Part shown: in pieces, positions 1-7,667 of the stretch
How the letters are laid out: the number at the start of each line of letters is the position of its first letter
Position numbering within the stretch: position 1 is the stretch's first letter
Source of the DNA: Candidatus Peregrinibacteria bacterium
GTDB taxonomy: Bacteria > Patescibacteriota > Gracilibacteria > UBA1369 > LOWO2-01-FULL-3
Length of the DNA stretch: 27,275 nt
Direction of reading: 5' to 3'
Assembly (NCBI GenBank): GCA_014728975.1
Contig: WJKQ01000013.1
Span: 1 to 27,275, forward strand
Notes under the pieces: model-generated
Told to the model about the DNA's origin: nothing
The model's database searches: none
What the model saw: only the letters and a program-made list of their open reading frames with translations
Program-made: the position numbers and the translations under genes

Positions 1-159
1 CTTAAAGAGATTTCCAAAAACGCCTCAATAACCGCCGAAAATTTTTCCGATAAAAATATGGTTGACAAACTAATCACGGAATTCAAATTATTAAATAACA
101 AAAAACAATATGCCCGTAAGAAAATGTTCAAATGGAAAATGGAGAATAGGATCTGGTAA
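1..159 (+). CDS. 3' end of a gene entering from the left edge; possibly the C-terminus of a GT-B (GT4-like) glycosyltransferase
   Basis: Frame 1 is open from base 1 to TAA at 157-159: LKEISKNASITAENFSDKNMVDKLITEFKLL... This resembles the terminal helices of GT4 glycosyltransferases, but only about 50 aa are visible. Confidence 0.35.
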   Translation, partial: LKEISKNASITAENFSDKNMVDKLITEFKLLNNKKQYARKKMFKWKMENRIW

Positions 160-247
160 ATGCATCTACAAGACAAAATCCTCTGCCGAAAAAGCCTACA
201 AAGCATACCTTGCAAAAAAACATTCCAAAAAAAAGAAAAACAAATAA
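110..247 (+). CDS. Small basic 45-aa protein with a Cys pair (not in ORF track)
   Basis: Manual translation ATG110..TAA247 gives MPVRKCSNGKWRIGSGKCIYKTKSSAEKAYKAYLAKKHSKKKKNK. It has an A-rich leader and ends 10 nt before the likely ATG (258) of the next gene. Confidence 0.6.
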   Translation: MPVRKCSNGKWRIGSGKCIYKTKSSAEKAYKAYLAKKHSKKKKNK

Positions 248-257
248 TTCTCAAAAC

Positions 258-917
258 ATGCCATCACGTTTTTTAGCAGTTTTCGGCCTCATTTTACTGT
301 TTATGGGTATCTGGGGAGGAATTTTGGCCGCGTTGATTATTATCGGAGGATTTCAAAACTCAACCGCACTGGCGATTATCATCCCGGCCTCTCTGATTTT
401 AATTATTTTATCTTTCCTGCCTTACTTGAATCTCATAATGAAATCAATATTCAGATTTAAAGGAAAAAAAGAAAAAGCTATACCTTTGTCAAAACTCAAA
501 CAAAAAATCAAAAAAATCAATAACCTTGATTTACCCGTGATGATCTTCGAAGAAAAAAACAGGCTTATCGTCACCTGGAAATATGTTGAGGCAAAGTGGT
601 GGATTCTTTTCGCAAAAAAAGGACTAAAATCGGTTTACGAACTTCATATAAAATTTAAGGAAAAAAGTAAAAAAGCCACACTTATCGATGTTATAAAGTC
701 TGTGGAATGGGAAACAGGACCGGAAAACGTAAAATTACACGGAGGATTTTTCAGAGGAATAATATCTCAAATAAAAATCGGCAAAGCCTGGGGCATAAAA
801 GAAAATTTTAAACCCGGCAAAATATATGATTATAAATTTGTCCCCGCAGAAATAAAGACTCCAATACTGAACGAAATATTAAAATCAGGCTGGGACGTAA
901 GATTCGCACTATGGTAA
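258..917 (+). CDS. Hypothetical membrane protein (two N-terminal TM helices plus soluble C-terminal domain)
   Basis: The track ORF 210..917 uses a TTG start inside the small upstream ORF; ATG258 (MPSRFLAVFG...) is more plausible. Two hydrophobic segments are followed by a Lys/aromatic-rich domain ending GWDVRFALW. Confidence 0.75.
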   Translation: MPSRFLAVFGLILLFMGIWGGILAALIIIGGFQNSTALAIIIPASLILIILSFLPYLNLIMKSIFRFKGKKEKAIPLSKLKQKIKKINNLDLPVMIFEEKNRLIVTWKYVEAKWWILFAKKGLKSVYELHIKFKEKSKKATLIDVIKSVEWETGPENVKLHGGFFRGIISQIKIGKAWGIKENFKPGKIYDYKFVPAEIKTPILNEILKSGWDVRFALW

Positions 918-923
918 AATTTT

Positions 924-956
924 TTACGAATCGTAACGGACATACTCAATATCCGT
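924..956. promoter_or_regulatory. Overlapping inverted repeats upstream of the SLH gene (possible operator)
   Basis: Perfect palindrome TTACGA-A-TCGTAA (924-936) overlaps an imperfect one, ACGGAcAT-N5-ATaTCCGT (936-956), in the 81-nt intergenic gap. Confidence 0.3.
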
Positions 957-998
957 ATAAAAACCAGACAAAAATCTTTAAAACTTAACAAATAATCC

Positions 999-2288
999 AT
1001 GAAAGCAAGAAAGTATTTTTCAGATCTGTCGGCAATTGCATTGCTTGCGATTATGCTTCTCTCAATGAGCAACATAGCATCCGCAATTCACGACACTTCT
1101 GAAACCACAGTGACTTCTGTCGTTGATTCCATAACTGTTTCAAACGAAGGTGACGGAAATATCAGCTGGATAGTCGACGGCTATTCTGAAAAAGGATACA
1201 AAGTGGTCTGGTCAAAAAATACAGGCCCAACCTATCCAACACGTTCAGGTGACAAATACAAATATTTTAGCAGCCCGGAAACCGATTCAGCTACACTCAC
1301 GGCATTTGACGGAGAAGGAACATATTTCGCAAGAGTCTGCGAATATCTCGGCGGGGAATGCGGTACATATTCTAATGAAGTACAGCTCTCTCTTTCCGGT
1401 TCAACAAAAACCGAAAAAACCGTTACGGAAGATTCCGGGACTTTTGATGACGTCTCGGAAACACATGAAAATTCTGAAGCGATTGATTACCTTAAAAACG
1501 AAGGAGTGGTTGTGGGATACAGCGACGGTACATACAAACCTGAAAATAAAATCAACCGCGCGGAATTCCTTAAAATAGTCATGATAACGGCGGGACATGA
1601 AAACGGAAGTGAAGGAAAATGTTTCAACGACGTAAAAGAAGAATGGTACGCGCCTTATATCTGCAAAGCCAAAAACATGGGACTTGTAAATGGATATTCT
1701 GATGGAAATTACCGCCCTGACCGTGACATTAACTTTGCGGAAGCCAGCAAAATTGTTGTACTTGCTCTTAATCTTCCTACAAGCGATAACGACAACGAAA
1801 CTTGGTATCAAAAATTTGTCACTTCATTGGAAAATAAATATGCAATTCCATCAACAATCTGGACTTTTGATGAAGATGTTACCCGGGGAGAAATGGCTGA
1901 AATTGTCTGGAGAATTGAAACTGACAATATAAGCAAACCTTCCAAAACCTATGACATTATTAAAGAACAAAAAGACACGACAATTACAAAATCCGAATCC
2001 ATAAACGGCGAAGTAAATTCAATCACACTTATCAATGAAGGAAACGGCGGCATCAACTGGACGACTGACGGTTATTCAGAAAAAGGATACAAAGTTGTTT
2101 GGTCAAAAACCTCAGGCCCCACCTACCCAACACGTGAAGGGGATCAATTTCAATATAAAAGCGATCCTTCAACAGATTCCGCCACCCTCGACGCTTATGA
2201 CGGAGAAGGAACATATTACGCAAGAGTCTGCGAATATCTCGGAGGAGAATGCGGAGTTTACTCAAATGAAGTCGAAGTAGCGCTCTAA
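999..2288 (+). CDS. Secreted S-layer homology (SLH) domain protein with duplicated flanking domains
   Basis: N-terminal signal peptide (..SNIASA). SLH repeats FDDV...AIDYLKNEGVVVGYSDGTYKPENKINRAEF and FNDV...WYAPYI..AKNMGLVNGYSDGNYRPDRDINFAEA, plus a third degenerate repeat (VTRGEMAEIVWR). Confidence 0.9.
   Translation: MKARKYFSDLSAIALLAIMLLSMSNIASAIHDTSETTVTSVVDSITVSNEGDGNISWIVDGYSEKGYKVVWSKNTGPTYPTRSGDKYKYFSSPETDSATLTAFDGEGTYFARVCEYLGGECGTYSNEVQLSLSGSTKTEKTVTEDSGTFDDVSETHENSEAIDYLKNEGVVVGYSDGTYKPENKINRAEFLKIVMITAGHENGSEGKCFNDVKEEWYAPYICKAKNMGLVNGYSDGNYRPDRDINFAEASKIVVLALNLPTSDNDNETWYQKFVTSLENKYAIPSTIWTFDEDVTRGEMAEIVWRIETDNISKPSKTYDIIKEQKDTTITKSESINGEVNSITLINEGNGGINWTTDGYSEKGYKVVWSKTSGPTYPTREGDQFQYKSDPSTDSATLDAYDGEGTYYARVCEYLGGECGVYSNEVEVAL
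1128..1394 (+). repeat. Intragenic domain repeat, copy 1 (89 aa)
   Basis: SIT..NEG.G.I.W..DGYSEKGYKVVWSK..GPTYPTR.GD...Y...P.TDSATL.A.DGEGTY.ARVCEYLGGECG.YSNEV..L; same length (267 nt) as copy 2. Confidence 0.9.
2019..2285 (+). repeat. Intragenic domain repeat, copy 2 (89 aa)
   Basis: Colinear with 1128-1394; shared DNA blocks such as CAAGAGTCTGCGAATATCTCGG and TTCxGAAAAAGGATACAAAGT. Confidence 0.9.
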
Positions 2289-2310
2289 TTTAAACCAAAA
2301 CCGAAATCAT

Positions 2311-2339
2311 GGACCCCTGTCTCTGGGGGTCCTTTTTTT
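2311..2339 (+). terminator. Rho-independent terminator after the SLH gene
   Basis: GGACCCC-loop-GGGGTCC stem immediately followed by a T7 run. Confidence 0.8.
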
Positions 2340-2368
2340 AAATTATATCTTGCTGTAAAATAATAAAT

Positions 2369-4450
2369 ATGAAAAAACCAAAAAAAATCATTAAAAAAGT
2401 AAGAAAACGGAACGGAAGAATTGAGCCGTTTAACCCGGGAAAAATATTTCTCGCCATAAAAAAAGCACTAAAAGAAACAAAAGAAAAAAAACCAAAAAAA
2501 ATAGACCCACTGTCTGAAAAGCTGACCCATAAAGTAATAAAAAAACTCGAAAAAAATTTCAAAAGAAAAATACCGGGAGTCGAAGAAATTCAGGACATAG
2601 TGGAAGAAACCCTTATTAAAAATAACCTTTCCAAAACAGCCAAAGCCTTCATTCTCTACCGACAGGATCGCACAAAAAAGCGCAAAATAAAAACTTTTTT
2701 TGGAGTTAAAGACGATCTCAAACTCGGAATAAACGCAATAAAAGTCCTCCAGAAAAGATATCTGTTAAGAGATAGAAATGGCAAAATCAAAGAAACTCCA
2801 TCCCAACTTTTTAAACGCGTGGCCAAAACCATTTCAAAAAAAGACAAAAAACTTGCTGATATTTTTTACAAAATGATGGTTAATCAGGAATTTCTTCCAA
2901 ATTCTCCCTGTCTGATGAACGCAGGCGCAAGACTCGGACAACTTTCAGCCTGTTTTACCGTCGGAGTAGAAGATTCTCTGGACAGCATCTTTGACGCTCT
3001 CAAAATCACCGCAAAAATTCATCAAAGCGGTGGAGGAACAGGTTTTTCATTCTCTGAAATAAGACCAAAAGGAGCACTGATAAAATCGACTTCGGGCAAA
3101 GCATCAGGCCCGATTTCATTTATGAAAATCTTTGACAAGGCCACGGAAATCATGAAAGAAGGAGGATTAAGACGCGGCGCGAATATGGGAACGCTGGATA
3201 TCGACCACCCGGATATAAAAGAATTTATAACAATAAAATCAAACCCCGGCGCTCTGAAAAACTTTAACCTTTCTACAGCAGTCACGGATAAATTTATGAA
3301 AGAGGCCGTTAATAATAAAAACAAAAAAATCAGCGAACTTTTTAATCTTATCATCACCTACGCCTGGCAGACAGGAGATCCCGGAATGATATTTCTTGAT
3401 GAAATAAACCGCAAAAACCCCACCAGGCATATCGGTAAAATAAAAACAACCAATCCTTGCGGGGAAACCCCTCTACATCCCTGGGAAAGCTGCAATCTTG
3501 GATCTGTAAACTTAACAAAATTTATCGAAGGAAAACCAATGAAAGGAGAAATAAACTGGAACAAACTCAGAAAAACAATCCATTATGCCGTCCGTTTCCT
3601 TGATAATATGATAGATATTAACAAATTTCCCAATAATAAAATCAAAAATTCAACAAAAGCAAACCGCCGGATCGGCCTTGGAGTAATGGGTCTGGCAGAA
3701 GCTCTGATTTTACTTGGAATTCCCTACAATTCAGAAAAAGCCATAAAAACAGCTGAAAAAATCGCAAAATTCATCGAAGAGGAAAGTGTAAAAATGTCTG
3801 TAAAACTTGGAAAAACCCGCGGATCTTTCCCCAACTTCAAAGGATCTCTCTGGGACAAAAAAGGATTCAAACACATGAGAAACGCAACAACAACAGTCAT
3901 CGCCCCAACCGGTACAATTTCGATAATCGCCGGCTGCTCTTCGGGAATTGAACCTCTTTTTGCGGTTTCATTCATCAGAAACGTAATGGAAAACACAAGT
4001 TTAATCGAAAGTAACCGAATTTTTGAGAAAATCGCAAAAGAAAAAGAATTTTTCTCAACAGACCTGTTAATGGAAATTGCAAAAACCGGTTCAGTTAAAA
4101 ACATCAATAACATCCCCCCAAAAATAAAACGTCTCTTTATCACCTCTCTGGAAATTCCCGTAGAATGGCACGTTAAAATGCAGGCGGCCTTTCAAAAACA
4201 CACCCACTCAGCGGTTTCAAAAACAATAAATTTACCAAAAGACGCCGCTATCAATGACGTCAAAAAAGCTTACCTCCTTGCGTGGAAACTTAAATGCAAA
4301 GGCATTACCGTCTACCGCTACGGATCAAAACCCGACCAGGTCCTAAAAGTCGGATCTCTACACCCCGAATCAGAATCTCCCCACGTCACAGCCGGTCCTG
4401 AATTTGCAGGCGGCTGTCCCGCGAATATCTGTTCGGAGCCTGCCGCCTAA
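2369..4450 (+). CDS. nrdJ: Class II (adenosylcobalamin-dependent) ribonucleotide reductase with N-terminal ATP cone
   Basis: ATP cone (VRKRNGRIEPFNPGKI). Catalytic motifs PNSPCLMNAG, QLSACF, SGGGTG, RRGANMG, NPCGE, ESCNLGS, APTGTIS. The C-terminal GITVYRYGS lacks the class Ia YY pair. Confidence 0.93.
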   Translation: MKKPKKIIKKVRKRNGRIEPFNPGKIFLAIKKALKETKEKKPKKIDPLSEKLTHKVIKKLEKNFKRKIPGVEEIQDIVEETLIKNNLSKTAKAFILYRQDRTKKRKIKTFFGVKDDLKLGINAIKVLQKRYLLRDRNGKIKETPSQLFKRVAKTISKKDKKLADIFYKMMVNQEFLPNSPCLMNAGARLGQLSACFTVGVEDSLDSIFDALKITAKIHQSGGGTGFSFSEIRPKGALIKSTSGKASGPISFMKIFDKATEIMKEGGLRRGANMGTLDIDHPDIKEFITIKSNPGALKNFNLSTAVTDKFMKEAVNNKNKKISELFNLIITYAWQTGDPGMIFLDEINRKNPTRHIGKIKTTNPCGETPLHPWESCNLGSVNLTKFIEGKPMKGEINWNKLRKTIHYAVRFLDNMIDINKFPNNKIKNSTKANRRIGLGVMGLAEALILLGIPYNSEKAIKTAEKIAKFIEEESVKMSVKLGKTRGSFPNFKGSLWDKKGFKHMRNATTTVIAPTGTISIIAGCSSGIEPLFAVSFIRNVMENTSLIESNRIFEKIAKEKEFFSTDLLMEIAKTGSVKNINNIPPKIKRLFITSLEIPVEWHVKMQAAFQKHTHSAVSKTINLPKDAAINDVKKAYLLAWKLKCKGITVYRYGSKPDQVLKVGSLHPESESPHVTAGPEFAGGCPANICSEPAA

Positions 4451-5739
4451 ACCTTTACCTTCCCTTTTTTACCTTTCACTCTGAGAATCAAAAATATAAT
4501 CACTACGGTCAGAACAACCGCGGCTATCAGTGCAATAATATTATGCAGAATCATCGACACGAGAATAGTAACGCCGCTTAAAACCAACGCCACCACAAAT
4601 GTAATCGCTCCAATTATAGTTCGGCTCAAAGAACCAAAAAACGGAACAACATCGAGAAGCACACTTATCGGACCAAATAAAGCCGATAAACCAATCCACA
4701 TCATCAAAAACCCAATCAAACGGAACATCCACAATGCAAACTTATACTCACCGTGAAGCTGGGAAACAGCTTGATCTTTTGTGCCTGTAAACATCCGATA
4801 TAAACTTTCTCCGGTTTCTTCGTCAACATATGTTGAAATTTTCATCCCGTCCAGTTTCCCAAGCACAGTTACTTCTTTATTATTCTCAAGAACATGATAA
4901 CTGATCCTCATGTCTCCGATTTCCGGTCTGCTTAAAGAACCTCCACCGATATAAATATAATTTCCAATCAAAACCGGTCCTTCGGATTTTTCATCCAAAA
5001 TGACTTCCTCTTTTTCAGAATTTGTATCCGATCCCTCTAATTCTTCTTCTGTAACTACAAAACCTGTTGAGATTTCCTCCTCTTCCTCAGCCACTGTAAA
5101 TCCCTCATGTGCGTCATCCCCACTATCTTTAACAATTCCGGATTCCGGCAGTTCAACAATATCCTCATTCAAACTCAACTTCTCAAAACCGGGAAGAGAA
5201 ATATTGTCCATATCGAGATCATAAACCCCAATTTTGGCAGTATTAACAGTTTCGGTAACATCCTCTATATACTTCGCGGGATTTTCATGATCCTCCGGAT
5301 ATCTGAAATTTCCGGTGGGAGTCGGCTCGCTGACCCATTCTTTTATATAGGTATAGGTTGTTTCGGTTTCCTCAGCACCTCCCAGTTTGGTTTCGGTTGT
5401 ACTTTTCGACTGCTCTGTCCACGCATATATTTCAACTTCCCTTTTAAGAGCAAGATAATCTCCGGGCTTTAAATAAAGCCCGTCCCCGAGTTGTTCCTGG
5501 GTATTGACAATTCCGTTCACGGAGACAAGCTCCTGATCGGGTTCGGTTCCTGTAACTTCCGTTGCGCTGATAATCACAGCATCCTCTGCAAATTCAGAAA
5601 CATCCACGCGCCCCTCATTCCAAAAAAGAAGAGCAAAAGAACCTATAAATAAAATCAGCCCCGCCAGAATTCCTTTTATAGAACCAATTATTCTTTTTCC
5701 ATAACCAGTTCTTGTTGTTTCTTTAAATTGATGAGGCAT
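4447..5739 (-). CDS. TMEM43 (LUMA/DUF1625)-family membrane protein
   Basis: N-terminal ETT..GYG.RI..SIKGIL.G..LF.......FWNEGR, then LKREVEIYAW.E, GDMRISY, and C-terminal TM helices (W..RLIGFLMMWIG). Likely start is ATG at 5739 rather than the track's 5784. Confidence 0.75.
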   Translation of the reverse strand: MPHQFKETTRTGYGKRIIGSIKGILAGLILFIGSFALLFWNEGRVDVSEFAEDAVIISATEVTGTEPDQELVSVNGIVNTQEQLGDGLYLKPGDYLALKREVEIYAWTEQSKSTTETKLGGAEETETTYTYIKEWVSEPTPTGNFRYPEDHENPAKYIEDVTETVNTAKIGVYDLDMDNISLPGFEKLSLNEDIVELPESGIVKDSGDDAHEGFTVAEEEEEISTGFVVTEEELEGSDTNSEKEEVILDEKSEGPVLIGNYIYIGGGSLSRPEIGDMRISYHVLENNKEVTVLGKLDGMKISTYVDEETGESLYRMFTGTKDQAVSQLHGEYKFALWMFRLIGFLMMWIGLSALFGPISVLLDVVPFFGSLSRTIIGAITFVVALVLSGVTILVSMILHNIIALIAAVVLTVVIIFLILRVKGKKGKVKV

Positions 5740-5783
5740 AATAGGAAAGGTTATAAATTTCAAAAGGATTTTAGCACAACACA

Positions 5784-6257
5784 ATGAAAAAAACTAAAGA
5801 AGCCGCGACTGCAATATTAGCCAAAAACAAAAAGGCCTATCATGATTATGAAATCCTCGATACATACGAAGCAGGCATGGCACTTAACGGTGATGAAGTG
5901 AAAGCAATAAAAAATCATCAGGCAAACCTAAAAGGATCTTTTGTAGACATAGAAAAAGATGAAGCCTATATTAACGAAATGCACGTTTCCAGATACAAAT
6001 TTTCTTCCAGAATAGAATACAATCCCACCAGAAAGAGAAAATTACTCCTTCACAAAAAACAAATCCTCAAAATTGATCAGGAAATTTCCCAAAAAGGCAT
6101 CACAGCCATCCCTCTGGAACTTTACTCCAAAAACGGACGCGTCAAAGCCAAAATCGGAATATGCCGCGGAAAAAAACTTCACGATAAACGCGAAACACTT
6201 AAAAAACGAGCCCAGGAAATGGAAATAAAAAAACAACTCAAGAGATTTCAGCCATAA
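5784..6257 (+). CDS. smpB: SsrA (tmRNA)-binding protein SmpB
   Basis: NKKAYHDYEILDTYEAGMAL.GDEVKAI, R.RKLLLHKKQI, GKKLHDKRETLK. Confidence 0.97.
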   Translation: MKKTKEAATAILAKNKKAYHDYEILDTYEAGMALNGDEVKAIKNHQANLKGSFVDIEKDEAYINEMHVSRYKFSSRIEYNPTRKRKLLLHKKQILKIDQEISQKGITAIPLELYSKNGRVKAKIGICRGKKLHDKRETLKKRAQEMEIKKQLKRFQP

Positions 6258-6342
6258 ATTTCACCAAAATCAATACTTTTTTATTAATGCCTCTTCCAAT
6301 ATTCTCTATTTCTTTTATAATTCTCTCCTGATTAAAACTTCC

Positions 6343-7098
6343 ATGCACAATATTTATACAAAAATCATTGCTTCCATCCATAAATATTTCAAGGAGAACA
6401 GCTTTGACAAAGCGGTAATCGGAGTAAGCGGAGGAATAGATTCAGCTCTCTGTTTAAAACTTACGGTAGACGCGCTCGGAGCTGGACACGTTACGGCATT
6501 ACTTATGCCGGAAAAAGGAGTATCCTCGGATGAAAACTACCATCATTCAAAAACACTTTGCGAATTTATAAAAGTCGAATATTTCAGTATATCGATCAAC
6601 AAATTTCTTACCGATTATCTTTCACTGCCATGGAAACCGAATGAACTTGCCCAAATAAACCTGAAAGCGAGGATCCGTATGAATCTTCTGTATAATTTTG
6701 CGAATACAAGAAATGCTCTCGTCATAGGAACTTCCAACAAAACCGAATTACTTCTCGGTTATGGAACAAAATACGGAGATCTCGCGGCTGATCTTGAAAT
6801 AATCGGCGATCTTCTCAAAGAAGATGTTTATAAATTAGCCGATCACGTAGGGCTTCCCGATGAATTTTTGCAAAAAACTCCATCCGCAGAGCTTTATCCG
6901 GAACAGACGGATGAAGAAGAACTGGGCGTCACCTACAAAGAACTCGACACAATATTAAAACAAATAGAAGAGGGCAAAAACAAAGATGACCTGATAAACA
7001 AAGGACTTAACCCACACGCCGTTCACAAAGTATTTCGTCTGATGGAAATCAATCAACACAAACTAAAGCCGCCGCATCTTATCAAAGTCAGATCTTGA
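6343..7098 (+). CDS. nadE: NH3-dependent NAD(+) synthetase (no glutaminase domain)
   Basis: SGGIDS PP-loop, NLKARIRM, GTSNKTE, TKYGD, PSAEL, QTDE; 251 aa. Confidence 0.95.
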   Translation: MHNIYTKIIASIHKYFKENSFDKAVIGVSGGIDSALCLKLTVDALGAGHVTALLMPEKGVSSDENYHHSKTLCEFIKVEYFSISINKFLTDYLSLPWKPNELAQINLKARIRMNLLYNFANTRNALVIGTSNKTELLLGYGTKYGDLAADLEIIGDLLKEDVYKLADHVGLPDEFLQKTPSAELYPEQTDEEELGVTYKELDTILKQIEEGKNKDDLINKGLNPHAVHKVFRLMEINQHKLKPPHLIKVRS

Positions 7099-7139
7099 CC
7101 GCGTACCCACATTTTACTTATTGTATTTCAGAGAAATAA

Positions 7140-7667
7140 TTGACCCAAATGCAAACAGCTTTATTAATCGGAAGATTTCAACCTTTTCATAAAGGACATT
7201 TAAAAGTAATTAAAGAAATTCTTAAAGCCAACAAAAAAATAATTATCGTCATCGGAAGTGCCGAAAAAAATTTCCTTTCAAAAAATCCGTTAACTGCCGG
7301 AGAACGCTTCCAGCTCATTGAAGAATCACTGAAAGAAGCAAAAATTCCACCCGAAAAATACCGGATCATCCCTTTAAGAGATATAAACAATTACGCACTC
7401 TGGGTGAATCATTTAAATATATATCTGCCGCCTTATGACAGAGTCTATACGGGTTCCAAAATAGTAAAAGCATGCTTCGAAAAATATCCCGACATCGAAA
7501 TAATCAAACTAAAAAGATTTTATAATTTACGTTCCACAAAAATCAGACAAGCCGTCCTGGAAAACAAAGACTGGGAAAAACTCCTGCCTCCCGCCTGTTC
7601 AAAATTATTAATAAAATGGAATATAAAAAAAAGATTAAAATTAATCAATAACAAAACCGATAAATGA
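7140..7667 (+). CDS. nadM: Nicotinamide-nucleotide adenylyltransferase, stand-alone NadM/archaeal type
   Basis: GRFQPFHKGH (HxGH), IVIGSAE, NPLTAGER, STKIR; no Nudix domain. Start may be 7149. TGA stop overlaps the next ATG (ATGA). Confidence 0.87.
   Translation: MTQMQTALLIGRFQPFHKGHLKVIKEILKANKKIIIVIGSAEKNFLSKNPLTAGERFQLIEESLKEAKIPPEKYRIIPLRDINNYALWVNHLNIYLPPYDRVYTGSKIVKACFEKYPDIEIIKLKRFYNLRSTKIRQAVLENKDWEKLLPPACSKLLIKWNIKKRLKLINNKTDK

Noticed and set aside
210-257. TTG start and Lys-rich N-terminal extension for the first membrane protein
   Set aside because: It overlaps the 45-aa ORF; ATG258 directly precedes the first TM helix.
2340-2355. Possible NrdR box upstream of nrdJ (AAATTATATCTTGCTG)
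   Set aside because: Only the ATATCTTG core fits. Flanks deviate from the acaCwAtATaTwGtg consensus, there is no second tandem box, and it overlaps a terminator T-run in AT-rich DNA.
2369-4450. Intein or intron in nrdJ
   Set aside because: All catalytic motifs are contiguous at normal or shorter spacing; no C/S...HN intein ends.
5739-6343. tmRNA (ssrA) near smpB
   Set aside because: Flanking gaps are only 44 and 85 nt and lack the GGGG...TCCACCA tRNA-like ends.
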